Positions 1-9,668 of a DNA stretch of 64,000 nt are shown one piece after another. The notes beneath the pieces were generated by a model, which was not told the origin of the DNA, did no database searches, and was given only the letters and a program-made list of their open reading frames with translations. Both the position numbers and the translations under genes were made by a program. Location: positions 34 through 64,033 of the forward strand of contig JAFAIO010000144.1 of NCBI GenBank assembly GCA_019236675.1, given 5' to 3'. Numbering within the stretch: position 1 is the first letter of the stretch; every line of letters starts with the position of its first letter. This DNA is from Verrucomicrobiota bacterium (lineage in GTDB: Bacteria; Verrucomicrobiota; Verrucomicrobiia; Chthoniobacterales; JAFAMB01).

Positions 1-678
1 GTCGACGTGGGTTGGGGTAGTCTCGGAGATCCCAGCGCTATAAATTGGGGTTCTGGCTGGGGCGGGGGTGTCGGCTCGAGCGTAGTAGACTTTCAGATCG
101 GCTTCGTTGGCGCGGGAAATCCAGATGTCCAAGACATGAAATCAGGGCAAGCTGGGCAATCGGATTCCACACAGGAATTGGATCCAGTAGTCGTAACGTC
201 TCCTCCCTGGCAGGAGCTCTGGAACTCGATCTCCTCGTGGTTCCATTCCCAGCAACTGGAGGCCCAGGCGGATCTGCCTAATGTTACTTCGGCCCTGCAA
301 ATCAGCATGAACATCGCGCAGCTCGCCACTGGCGCCGGCGAGGTCAGCGCTGTCCGTACAGTCGTAAAAACAGAGCAAGCGTTGGCATTAGGGCTAGAGT
401 CACACGGCCTCCAGGCCTTCGCCGAAGCGAAAGGTGCTAAGCTGGCGACCGGCGATAACTGGCAAGAAATCGTAAGGCAAGGGCTAGCTGATCCAAATAC
501 AACAGTGCACGTTAACTTGGACGGCGTGGACGTTTGGGGGGGAGTGTCTCGAGCGGCAGCAGGAATCGAGTATGGAGCGACAGACTGGGAGCTATTGCAG
601 ATCTATCAAAATCCGCAATATTGGGACACTATTCAATTCTGGCGTGGTGGAGTACAAGTGCCGAACCCGTTTCAATGA
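1..678 (+). CDS. C-terminal end of a larger protein that runs off the left edge. A Gly/Trp-rich linker is followed by a ~150-aa terminal domain of unknown family (candidate polymorphic-toxin C-terminus).
   Basis: The frame is open from nt 1 (track ORF 7..678). The stop TGA at 676-678 overlaps the next ATG (ATGA at 675-678). I recognised no family motif by eye. Confidence 0.5.
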   Translation, partial: VDVGWGSLGDPSAINWGSGWGGGVGSSVVDFQIGFVGAGNPDVQDMKSGQAGQSDSTQELDPVVVTSPPWQELWNSISSWFHSQQLEAQADLPNVTSALQISMNIAQLATGAGEVSAVRTVVKTEQALALGLESHGLQAFAEAKGAKLATGDNWQEIVRQGLADPNTTVHVNLDGVDVWGGVSRAAAGIEYGATDWELLQIYQNPQYWDTIQFWRGGVQVPNPFQ

Positions 679-1070
679 GTGCGATTTCACCTTTCTCAAG
701 TAGCCGTGACTTTCAGGTGTGGGAGTACCAAGTAAGCCACGGTCACTTGCTGATCCGCAGCCCAAAATCGCCAGGCACACTCGATGAGCCCAAACAAACT
801 ACGAACGTGGATCTGCACTTTTGGGGAGTCGATTATTTCGAGCTTCCTCGCATGTTGAGGGGCATAGAAATTGCAGCGCCAACGAGGGAGGAATTGGAAC
901 GAATCGAGGGTCTGTTAAAAGTCCCGTTTTTAAAGAAACAAGCGGTTGTGCTCTGCTCAAGCGACCGGCGTTTTGTTATTGTAGCGATCGGCTACACAGT
1001 AAAGGAAAATCAATGGGACATCTTTCAATCGCCAATTGAATTTCGCTCTCAGTTCCGACGTGAGCTTTGA
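675..1070 (+). CDS. Small (131 aa) cytoplasmic protein translationally coupled to the upstream C-terminal domain; candidate immunity partner.
   Basis: An in-frame ATG at 675 lies inside track ORF 534..1070 and overlaps the upstream stop in an ATGA arrangement. There is no signal peptide or TM segment. The portion from 534 to 674 would overlap the upstream gene by about 145 nt and is discounted. Confidence 0.45.
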   Translation: MSAISPFSSSRDFQVWEYQVSHGHLLIRSPKSPGTLDEPKQTTNVDLHFWGVDYFELPRMLRGIEIAAPTREELERIEGLLKVPFLKKQAVVLCSSDRRFVIVAIGYTVKENQWDIFQSPIEFRSQFRREL

Positions 1071-1271
1071 ACTCACATCAGCAAGGAAGGAGACGACCAC
1101 GGCGCACCTTTTAAAAGCACCTAATCCTAATCCCTACCTTTTGCTTCAATGGTGGAACTTTGGAGACAGTCAATAATATTGCCGAAGCTTCCCAAGAAAG
1201 ATCAACGCTAAGGTGACAGCCACGGCAGCGAATGTAACAACCGAAACGCTCTTAACAAACCGAGCCCATGA

Positions 1272-2672
1272 CCCTTCAGGATCTTAGCCCCCGGGGCTCA
1301 TCCGTTCATTGCGGGAAAGGATTCAGGGTCGGTGGCAGGGTTCGAGATCCTGAGGCGAATTTGCGAAGAGGAACCAAGAAGGCCTTCCGATTGCGCGCAG
1401 ACGCAAGACCGCTCCTTCTACAGGAAGTTGAGCGGGGATCTGGAAGCCGTCGTGTTGAAAGCGCTACAAAAGAAACCCGGCGATCGCTATAAAAGCGTCG
1501 AACATTTTATTGACGATGTTGAAAGTTTCCTGGAGCGTCGTCCGGTTTTAGCGCGGCGGCAAAGCTGGTGGTATCAAACACGTAGATTAGCCAGTCGTCA
1601 TCCAAGCGCTACGGTCTCGGTTTCGATAGCAGCAACTGTCGGGATTTTAGCTCTCGCCGGCATTCTAAGTTCGGATCGAGCGGCAAAACAGGAACGTGAC
1701 TATGCTTTTCGGCAACGCGAGCTCGCTGCATCTACGGCTAGAACAATGATCGACGAGACTGCTTCCTCGTTGGGGACCATGTCGGCACCTATTGAGCACC
1801 GGCTCGAATTGCTCAATCGGATTGTGGCGGTTTTCGATGAACTCGATTCGACTAGCCGCAGCGGTTCTGATCCGGCCAAGAGCGCTCTGGAGATACGAGC
1901 CGAAGCCCAAACTCAAACGATCCTCGCGAATGCTCTTGAGGAATTGGGTGATCTCCAAGCCGCCACGCAGCGCGCCCAGAGCGCGGAGGTCCTCACGAGA
2001 AACTTGGTGAAAATCGCGGTCACTGATCCAGATGACCAACTACTCCTGACAAAGGCGCTTCTGACCAGGTACGGTATTGCGTGGAAATTAGGAACCGCAA
2101 AAACGATGGATGCAACGTTAGCCGAGGCTATTGCGACATTGCGGGGACTGGAAAAGGGAGCCGATCTAACGCCAAATTCGCGCCATCAGCTAGAAATCCT
2201 TGTTTGTAACGCGCTAGCGCTTAAGGTCCGAGCTTATGATTCTCTGGTCGACCCGCAGGAATCATTGCGATTGCTTACGGAAGCTGTCAATTATGGTGAA
2301 CCGGCCTACCTGACCCACCGGCTTGAGCCGGAAGCCGTAGATTGCTACGCCGGCAGTCTTGAAACACTGGGAGCGTTCTACAAGAGTTGGGGTCGGATTG
2401 CTCTTATGCAGGAGACAGTTCGGAGGGCGTTAGCGATTCGCCGCAAAGCTGCAGATGAGGCTCCGGACGATATCGCGTTGCAGCGCCTCGCCGACGCCTA
2501 CCGTGTTGAACTCACCCTCGGTCCCTGGGCGTCGCGTCTATCCGCACGCAATAGGTGCAACCGTTTCGAGGCGTCGAAACCCGTGCGAGCTAATAGAGCG
2601 GAATGCAACGCCCCTCCGAATGGGTGGGAGAACACGCGTCCCCTTTTCACCTCTCATCACTCACCACTTTAA
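1272..2672 (+). pseudogene. Remnant of a TPR-type Ser/Thr kinase lacking both the catalytic domain and the C-terminal third; paralog of the gene at 29908..32811.
   Basis: The translation is collinear with the middle of the 967-aa kinase (GDRYKSVEHFIDDVESFLERRPV, TM segment, ERDYAFRQRELAAS, RALAIRRKAADEA). The frame opens only after a TGA at 1269-1271 at ...GAHPFIAG, downstream of where the kinase domain would be. Similarity ends at about 2515, where a repeat arm begins. Confidence 0.7.
2522..2665 (+). repeat. Solo arm of repeat family A (same family as the arms at 47884-48013 and 48293-48437).
   Basis: It shares GGGCGTCGCGTCTAT, GCGAGCTA, the 21-mer GCGGAATGCAACGCCCCTCCG (2598-2618) and a TTCACCTCTCA tail with the arm at 48293-48437. 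Confidence 0.7.
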
Positions 2673-4465
2673 AGAGTGCCAACCAGGGCGACTGGTGCCG
2701 AAAGCTGTGAGGGCAACGGCATCACGACTTGTTCGCGTAACGGGATAAAGCGAGATAGATCAAAGACCTGGTCATGAAGCCTTAGCAAGGTGCTTCTGTG
2801 ACCCACACTGATGACGGTGGGTTGCCATGACCCAGAACGGAGCAGGCTGTACAGGCGTGCCTCCCAGGGTTCGCCTAAGCCCGAGGTTGCTTCGTCAAGG
2901 AAGAGGAGCTTCGGTGCGGCCAGCAGCACTCGAGCAAAAGCCAATCGCTGCTGCTCCCCGATCGACAGTCGTTGGCTCCAGTCTTCGACAACATTTAACT
3001 CCTCAACTAACCCATCCAACCCAACATCTCTAAGTACGTTTTTGAGTCGATCGGCGGAAAAACCGGTTCTGTCAGGGTTAGGGTATAACAACGCATTGGT
3101 AAGCGTTCCAAGTGGCAGATACGGACGCTGGGGCACAAATAGAGCGTCTTCCTCACCCACATTAATTTCGCCGCGACCAAAGGGCCAGACTCCAGCGATT
3201 GCTCGCAGCAAGGTGCTTTTACCTGTTCCGCTTGGTCCGGTAATTAGCACCGCTTCGCCGCGGACCGGTGCGAATCTGATCCCGCGCAACAGGGGAGTCC
3301 CATCTGGTAAATCCAGATCTAAATTATCGACATCAACCACCCGGTCGCTGCGTCGAATTACGATCTGCCGCCGGGCGAAGGCCGGCGTCTGCAGCCCAAG
3401 GAGTCGTTCCTGGAACGTAGTGAGCCGATCGGTGGCAGCTTGCCACGCGGCTATGTCGGGGTAGCGATTGATGATAAATGAAAGCGAGTTGTAAACGTAG
3501 GAAAAAGCACTGGCTACTTGCATCAAGCCGCCCCACCCAATCTGCTTTGCGAAATAGCGGGGCAAAATCACTAACAGCGGAAAAACCACCGCAACTTGTG
3601 CGTATCCTTGGGTTAACCAGTTAAGACGCATCTGCCTCCCCATAATCATTCGGAAATTGTTGCAGATGTTTTGTAACCGCTCCTGGCAAATGTCCTGCTC
3701 GACCGGTTCGCCACCGTAGGACGCAACGCTTTCGGCGTTCTCGCGCAACCGGGCCAAGCCGAATCGGAAATCGCCTTCCAGACGCTGGCCGGTTAGATTC
3801 AATTGCACGAGCGGACGGCCGATTTTCACTGTCAGCCAGGTGCCAACGCCCGCATAAAGTAAGGCTAGCCACACGAGGTAACCGGGGACGTGGACCGTGC
3901 CCAATTTACCTAGAGGAATATCCGCTTGCCCGGATAGCCCCCAGAGAATAACAAGAAAAGAACCCAGGGTAACCAAAGATGTTAGTAGACCCAGGGAAAG
4001 CGTCAAAACGTAGTTCGTAAATTGATTGATATCCTCAGCGATCCGTTGATCTGGATTATCCACTCCGCTTGTCAGTTGCAATTGGTAGTACGCACGGTTA
4101 GAAAGCCAGGCGTTTATGTATCTTCGGGTCAGCCACCGCCTCCAGCGCAGCTGCAACAGCTGTTGTAAGTACACAGCGTACACCGACAACGTTATGCCAA
4201 GACTGCCTAAAATGAAGAAGATACCGAGCTGACCGAAGATTTGGTCGACGTCAAATGCCTGCAGCGCATTGTAGAAATTTCGGTTCCACGCATTGATTCC
4301 GACGCTAGTGCAAACCGTGCCTAGATTAATTAGGACAACGCCTAGAAGAAGACCCCAAGCGGACCATTTTTCTTCTGACATCCAATAAGGCCTGACAATG
4401 GACCACGCCTCGCGCGCAAAGGCTCGCTTAGTCATGGTCATTCTCATCTTTCTGAGCATTAACAT
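2669..4465 (-). CDS. ABC transporter with a fused permease and ATPase (YddA / ABCD-like, ABC_membrane_2 type).
   Basis: It has an N-terminal multi-TM region (NRNFYNALQ, RRWLT, DNPDQRIAEDI), Walker A GPSGTGKST, signature LSIGEQQRLAFARVLL and Walker B LLFLDEATSGL. The start is placed at the MLMLRKMRM cluster (ATG at 4465; alternatives down to 4435). The track start at 4699 is probably too long. Confidence 0.85.
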   Translation of the reverse strand: MLMLRKMRMTMTKRAFAREAWSIVRPYWMSEEKWSAWGLLLGVVLINLGTVCTSVGINAWNRNFYNALQAFDVDQIFGQLGIFFILGSLGITLSVYAVYLQQLLQLRWRRWLTRRYINAWLSNRAYYQLQLTSGVDNPDQRIAEDINQFTNYVLTLSLGLLTSLVTLGSFLVILWGLSGQADIPLGKLGTVHVPGYLVWLALLYAGVGTWLTVKIGRPLVQLNLTGQRLEGDFRFGLARLRENAESVASYGGEPVEQDICQERLQNICNNFRMIMGRQMRLNWLTQGYAQVAVVFPLLVILPRYFAKQIGWGGLMQVASAFSYVYNSLSFIINRYPDIAAWQAATDRLTTFQERLLGLQTPAFARRQIVIRRSDRVVDVDNLDLDLPDGTPLLRGIRFAPVRGEAVLITGPSGTGKSTLLRAIAGVWPFGRGEINVGEEDALFVPQRPYLPLGTLTNALLYPNPDRTGFSADRLKNVLRDVGLDGLVEELNVVEDWSQRLSIGEQQRLAFARVLLAAPKLLFLDEATSGLGEPWEARLYSLLRSGSWQPTVISVGHRSTLLRLHDQVFDLSRFIPLREQVVMPLPSQLSAPVALVGTL

Positions 4466-5103
4466 ATTGCGTGCCAAACCTTCGGATCCGCTGTTTTTCT
4501 CCGAATTCCGGGCGATTAAGCACACATGACGCGGGTAGATCGTCCGTTCGAAATCTCGTAAGCTCGATTTTCCGGCTCCGCCGAACGAGACACACTGATG
4601 CTTACCGGATACGACGGACCAGGTCGATTGTGCCGGAGTTGGGATCGTGGCTTTCCCGATCTTGGGAATTAAAAGGGTGCCGGAAAGCGAACGATGCAAC
4701 GGCAGCGCCGTGTCCCATTGCGGGCCCTCGGCTCGGCACGCATTCCGGCGCAGTCACATCTTTGTAAGGCGAAACGCCAAATCGTTGCAAAAATTCCGGG
4801 ATCTTTTGGGAGCCTTCGCCCTGCCAACATGGGGTCTCCGTTCAATTCAAACTATTTTCAAAATCTCATTGACGGTTACGATCTTGATTTCATATCAGTC
4901 TCGTCCGATCGCGTAGATACCCGCTCCCCCGCGGGGCCTTGTCGGCGCGGGATAACAAGGAAGTAAAAAAGGAAAATGCGTTCGGTTAATGCTGTCTATG
5001 GGTTCGGTCTGACGATCAATCCCTCGTTGGTCCTGCCGGATCCTCTCTGATGGTTCCGGTCCCAAGCTGGGACCCTAATTTCTCATCCGCGGTAAAAGTG
5101 TAC

Positions 5104-5117
5104 CGCGAATATTCGCG
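5104..5117. promoter_or_regulatory. Perfect 14-bp palindrome CGCGAATATTCGCG about 115 nt upstream of the first S53 gene; possible operator.
   Basis: The palindrome was read directly from the sequence. I found no second copy in the window. Confidence 0.25.
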
Positions 5118-5229
5118 CGTGGCTGAGGATTATCCTCACATCACTCCCGCTGTTTTTGCCTGTGTGAGCCGGCCTCCCCCGATTTGCACTTTCCCTCCAT
5201 TGGCTCTGAAAGTTCTTCACTAAACTACT

Positions 5230-7314
5230 ATGCAATATCTCCGTTGTCGCGTGAGTAGGTTCTTGCCAACTCGCGCTAGTCGCTATGTCTCAAATTGGCA
5301 GGCGCTCAAGACCTTCGTCTTTGGGCTAATGCTTGTACCCTTAATCGCGCCTGGCCATGCGTTCGGCCAAGCGAAAACCGTCGAACTGTCACCGCTTCTA
5401 GCGAAATCGAGTTTGCTCGGTGCGGTTGATCAGAATCAACAAATCAGTATCGTTCTGACTCTTCCTTTGTCGAACCCTCAGGGTGCCGCTGAGTTTGTAC
5501 AACACGTTTCAAAGCCGGGAGACCCACTTTTTCACCAGTACCTTACACCGCAAGAGTTCGCAGCCAGGTACGGCGCGAACGCCGCAGATTACGCTGCCCT
5601 TAAACAGTGGGCGGCCAATAATGGGCTTGCGATCGTGCATGAGTCTCTGGCTCGTACCTCACTAACGGTGCGTGGCTCAACGGCTCAATTGCAAACGCTG
5701 TTTAAGACCGAGCTCAATCGTTATCGTTCACCGGACGGCAAACAATTCTACTCTGCGGCCATAAGGCCGACCGTACCGGACGAGATCAGCTCACGCGTGA
5801 GCTGCGTGATCGGCCTGACCAACAGCGCCCATTATGCTTCTTTAGCCAAACCGTACAAGGTTCTGGGAGAAGACGCTGCTGTTCCGGCGGCCAGCCCCGA
5901 TATCGGCGGCACCGGCCCCGGCGGAAGCTACAGCGCTTCGGATCTAAGAACCTGTTATCAGATCCCGAACTTCGGCAATCTCGTTCCTGAAACCGTGGCC
6001 GTCTTTGAACAGGGTGGCTTCTATCAGTCGGATGTGGACAAGTACCTCAAAGCCATGAAGCTGACGCACCCGCCGGTGACCTTCGTCTCGGTTGATGGAT
6101 ACAACGGCGCCGTCGACAACAACGATGTTGAGCTCGAGGCGGTCCTGGATATCGACATGATCATTGGGATCAATCCCAAGGTGCAAGAGGTATTGGTGTA
6201 TGAAGATGGCAACGATCCGTTTGGCGTTGCGATAATCGATGCCCTAGATCAGGTCGCTACCGACAACAAAGCCCAAACCCTCAGCATTTCTTATGGGATC
6301 GACGAGGTTCAACAAGGTGACGCTCAGATCGCAGCCGAAGGTCAGGCTCTAACCCAGTTACAAACAGAGGGAATAACCGTCTTGGTCAGCGCGGGCGATA
6401 ACGGAGCCTACGGCCGAACCGGGGGATTCTCTAACCCAGCTCAATTAAACGCTCCCGATCCCGGATCGCAACCGCTGGTAACCTGCGTCGGTGGTACCAC
6501 GCTGACCACCGGACCGGGCGAAGTCTACAATGGTGAAGAGGTATGGAACCGTTTAGCGCTTGGTTTCGGCGCCACCGGCGGCGGTGTTAGTTCGTACTGG
6601 CCAATCCCAAGTTGGCAATTGCCTTCGTATGTAACCGGCAACGGCGGATCATCCACTTATCGTAGTGTGCCGGACGTTGGCGCCGTGGGCGATCCATTGA
6701 CCGGGGTGGGCATCTATTCCTCGCCCAATGGCGGTTGGGTGCAGATCGGCGGTACTAGCGTTTCGGCCCCGATTTGGGGTGGTTATATCAGTGTCTTGAA
6801 CGCCGGTATGCAATACCTGTTAGGCCAGAAGATCGGGTTCTTCAATCCGACATTGTACAGCATCGGCTTCAATGATCCGGCCAATTACCTATTTCCGGTT
6901 CCGGATGGGTCAAACGGGAACGCCGCCCTTTATGGAGGCACCCCTGGATATAACGCCGGTTTTGGTTACACCAATTGTACCGGCTCGGGCACAATTTTCG
7001 GCGGCGGTTTCACCACCCAAGTGATACTCGCCTCCACCACGGGTGGGAAAGCTCCTTCCGGTTTTGTGTTCTTTCCATTGAAAGTAACCAAAACGTCGGT
7101 CGAACTCCACTGGACAGAGTCAGACCTGGCCACCGGGTACATCATCGAGCTGATAACTCCGACTTCTCCTTTCAACACGTCGGCTGCCTATGTCACTAAG
7201 AAAACCAGGTTAACCATCACCGGACTCACGCCCGGAACCCCTCACTATCTCTATGCTTACGCCGTAAATGCAGGCGGCCACACAGAAGAGTTTACCGACT
7301 TCGTTACTAAGTAG
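5230..7314 (+). CDS. Secreted S53 (sedolisin/kumamolisin-type) serine-carboxyl peptidase with a prodomain and a C-terminal FN3-like domain.
   Basis: It has a signal peptide and a pro-kumamolisin-like N-region (PLFHQYLTPQEFAARYG). The E-x3-D motif lies in VELEAVLDID (nt 6127-6156), followed by SAGDNG. The GGTSVSAPIW catalytic Ser codon is at 6757-6759. An FN3-like tail follows. Confidence 0.9.
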   Translation: MQYLRCRVSRFLPTRASRYVSNWQALKTFVFGLMLVPLIAPGHAFGQAKTVELSPLLAKSSLLGAVDQNQQISIVLTLPLSNPQGAAEFVQHVSKPGDPLFHQYLTPQEFAARYGANAADYAALKQWAANNGLAIVHESLARTSLTVRGSTAQLQTLFKTELNRYRSPDGKQFYSAAIRPTVPDEISSRVSCVIGLTNSAHYASLAKPYKVLGEDAAVPAASPDIGGTGPGGSYSASDLRTCYQIPNFGNLVPETVAVFEQGGFYQSDVDKYLKAMKLTHPPVTFVSVDGYNGAVDNNDVELEAVLDIDMIIGINPKVQEVLVYEDGNDPFGVAIIDALDQVATDNKAQTLSISYGIDEVQQGDAQIAAEGQALTQLQTEGITVLVSAGDNGAYGRTGGFSNPAQLNAPDPGSQPLVTCVGGTTLTTGPGEVYNGEEVWNRLALGFGATGGGVSSYWPIPSWQLPSYVTGNGGSSTYRSVPDVGAVGDPLTGVGIYSSPNGGWVQIGGTSVSAPIWGGYISVLNAGMQYLLGQKIGFFNPTLYSIGFNDPANYLFPVPDGSNGNAALYGGTPGYNAGFGYTNCTGSGTIFGGGFTTQVILASTTGGKAPSGFVFFPLKVTKTSVELHWTESDLATGYIIELITPTSPFNTSAAYVTKKTRLTITGLTPGTPHYLYAYAVNAGGHTEEFTDFVTK

Positions 7315-7366
7315 TCTTTGAAGGGCCTTCTATCCCAATTATTAATTGAACTAATTTCTGATTAAT

Positions 7367-9550
7367 ATGCACTCTCGATCTTATTCAACCGGTGCTCTGC
7401 GACCGGCACCCCTTTGTCGTCGCGCCAGCAGTTGGCGGCCTCTCGTCGCAGGGGCACTTGGCTTTATACTCGCCGTGTGGATCACTCCCGGCCTGGTATG
7501 CGGACAGGCAGCGACCGTCGAGCTTTCCCCGTTGGTAGCAAAATCCACCTTTGTTAGTTCCGTTGACCGAAACCAGCAAATCAGCGTGGCACTCACATTA
7601 CCGCTGTCGGATGCAAACGGCGCCGCCGCGTTTGTGCAGCACGTTTCCCAGCGCGGAGACCCGCTGTTTCATAAGTACCTGACACCTCAGGAGTTTGCCA
7701 ACCGGTTTGGAGCGAACCAGTTCGATTATGCCGCTTTGAAACAATGGGCGGCTGCCAACGGTCTAACCATTTCGCAAGAGTCCATTGCCCGAACCGTTTT
7801 AACGGTTCGCGGCACCGCGGCTCAATTCGAGTCGATTTTTAACACGCAGATCAACAACTATCGATCAGCGGCCGGCGACGAATTCTATTCCGCTGCCGTC
7901 AAACCAACTATCCCGAATGCGATTGCCGGTAAAGTTTCAGCGGTGATCGGTTTGACCGGAGGCAAGACGCGCACCCCGCATGTCAAAGTGGGAAAGGTAT
8001 TTGGCGAAAACCCGGCTCAAACTACTGCCCACAATACCGCCGACTACGGCGGGACTGGCCCAGGCGGCGCCTACTCTCCCTCGGACTTGCGAACGATCTA
8101 TTCGATTCCGACCTTCGGTAACCTTGACAACCAGACGGTGGTCGCCGTGTTCGAGCAAGGCGGCTTTTTCAAATCCGATGTCGAGAAATACCTCAATAAG
8201 ATGAACCTACCCCATCCACCCGTCACCGTTGTAGGCGTGGATGGCTATGACGGCACTGTCGACAGCTATCAGATTGAGCTCGAGTGCGTGATCGATATCG
8301 ATATGGTGATCGCAATTAATCCGAACGTGCAAGAGGTGTTGGTTTATGAAGATGGTATCGACACCTTCCAGGTCGCCTTGCTCGATGCTCTGAATCAGGT
8401 CGCCACAGATAACAAAGCGCAGGTCTTGAGCATCTCTTACGGTCAGGACGAGGGCAATCAAGGTAACGATGCGATGAACGCCGAGAATGGCATTCTCGTT
8501 CAATTAGCGTCTCAAGGGATCACGGTGACGGCAAGCTCCGGAGATCAGGGCGCTTATGGAGATGGTTATAACTACCCTTACAACGTCTCTGATCCCGCTT
8601 CCCAGCCCTACGTTACCGGAGTTGGTGGCACGACCTTGTTTACCGGCAAAGGCCAATTGTACGTCGGTGAGACGGTTTGGAACAGTTCGGATGTTTCAGT
8701 GGCAGCATCTGGAGGCGGCATCAGTTCTTTTTGGCCCTTTCCTAGCTTCCAGGGTGAGATGGACCCTTACTTCATCACCTACCTGGGAGGTTCTTTAACC
8801 TACCGCAATGTTCCCGATGTCGCCGCCGTGGCCGACCCAAACACGGGCGTGGCGGTTTACTCCAAGTACAATGGCGGCTGGCTGTCAGCCGGTGGTACAA
8901 GTGTCTCTTCGCCAATCTGGGCGAGTTACCTGAGCATCGTCAACGTAGGCATGAGGTACTCCGGGTTAGGTAACATTGGTTTCTTCAACCCTATCCTTTA
9001 CAATGTAGGTTACTGGGAGAACCCATTCGTTGTGGTTGGGGCTAAAACCGCCAGTAACAGCTCGATCGCAACGGACGGTTACGGCAAACCTGGTAATTTT
9101 TTGTATCCGATTACCTCCGGGACAAACGGCGACATTACCAGGTACCCCGGCTATCCCGGGTTCAGCGCAGGCGGCACTTTTTTTCAACCTCTTTACTGCA
9201 ATGCTACCGGTAACGGCTCTATCATCGGCGGCCTGTTTGCGACGCAGATTCTGATCTCAGGAACTCAGAGTGGAACCCAAACGGGCAATATCACTAATTT
9301 CACAGTGACCCCGGGTAGTACCACAGCAAAAATCAAATGGTCGCCAGTTAGCGCTGCCTTAGCCTACGTCGTTACCGTCGGTCATAATGGCCTGAGTTTT
9401 AGTGTCATTGATGCCTATCTTACCAAGGACACCTCTATAGAGGTCAAAGGTCTCATTCCTAACGACCCCTCCTATTCGGCAACACTCTGGGCCTTTAATG
9501 CCAGCGGCTTTTCCAACACCTACCCGATCTACTTTACAACCAAGAAATGA
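7367..9550 (+). CDS. Secreted S53 sedolisin-type peptidase, tandem paralog, with an FN3-like tail.
   Basis: The motif set matches the upstream gene: IELECVIDIDM, SSGDQG and GGTSVSSPIW. It starts 52 nt after the upstream S53 gene. Confidence 0.9.
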   Translation: MHSRSYSTGALRPAPLCRRASSWRPLVAGALGFILAVWITPGLVCGQAATVELSPLVAKSTFVSSVDRNQQISVALTLPLSDANGAAAFVQHVSQRGDPLFHKYLTPQEFANRFGANQFDYAALKQWAAANGLTISQESIARTVLTVRGTAAQFESIFNTQINNYRSAAGDEFYSAAVKPTIPNAIAGKVSAVIGLTGGKTRTPHVKVGKVFGENPAQTTAHNTADYGGTGPGGAYSPSDLRTIYSIPTFGNLDNQTVVAVFEQGGFFKSDVEKYLNKMNLPHPPVTVVGVDGYDGTVDSYQIELECVIDIDMVIAINPNVQEVLVYEDGIDTFQVALLDALNQVATDNKAQVLSISYGQDEGNQGNDAMNAENGILVQLASQGITVTASSGDQGAYGDGYNYPYNVSDPASQPYVTGVGGTTLFTGKGQLYVGETVWNSSDVSVAASGGGISSFWPFPSFQGEMDPYFITYLGGSLTYRNVPDVAAVADPNTGVAVYSKYNGGWLSAGGTSVSSPIWASYLSIVNVGMRYSGLGNIGFFNPILYNVGYWENPFVVVGAKTASNSSIATDGYGKPGNFLYPITSGTNGDITRYPGYPGFSAGGTFFQPLYCNATGNGSIIGGLFATQILISGTQSGTQTGNITNFTVTPGSTTAKIKWSPVSAALAYVVTVGHNGLSFSVIDAYLTKDTSIEVKGLIPNDPSYSATLWAFNASGFSNTYPIYFTTKK

Positions 9551-9609
9551 TGCTGCACGGCTAGCTAATAGACTTAGAGCACCGCCGTTGCGGTAACTGT
9601 ACGCGATCA

Positions 9610-9638
9610 GGTAGCCAGGCATTTCATACCTGGCTACC
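9610..9638. terminator. Stem-loop between convergent genes; possible bidirectional terminator.
   Basis: The stem is GGTAGCCAGG (9610-9619) paired with CCTGGCTACC (9629-9638), with a 9-nt loop. There is no clear U-tract. Confidence 0.4.
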
Positions 9639-9668
9639 ATCTCCGAATTAACTGTTAACTCTCAGCAG

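Noticed and set aside
1-6. GTCGAC (a SalI site) at the very start of the window, as a possible cloning boundary.
   Set aside because: A single 6-mer at the edge is not evidence of a vector junction, and the reading frame continues through it.
2811-3464. The 217-aa plus-strand ORF antisense to the ABC transporter gene.
   Set aside because: It is Ser/Arg/Pro-rich with no motifs, and it lies entirely within a gene that has clear Walker and signature motifs on the other strand.
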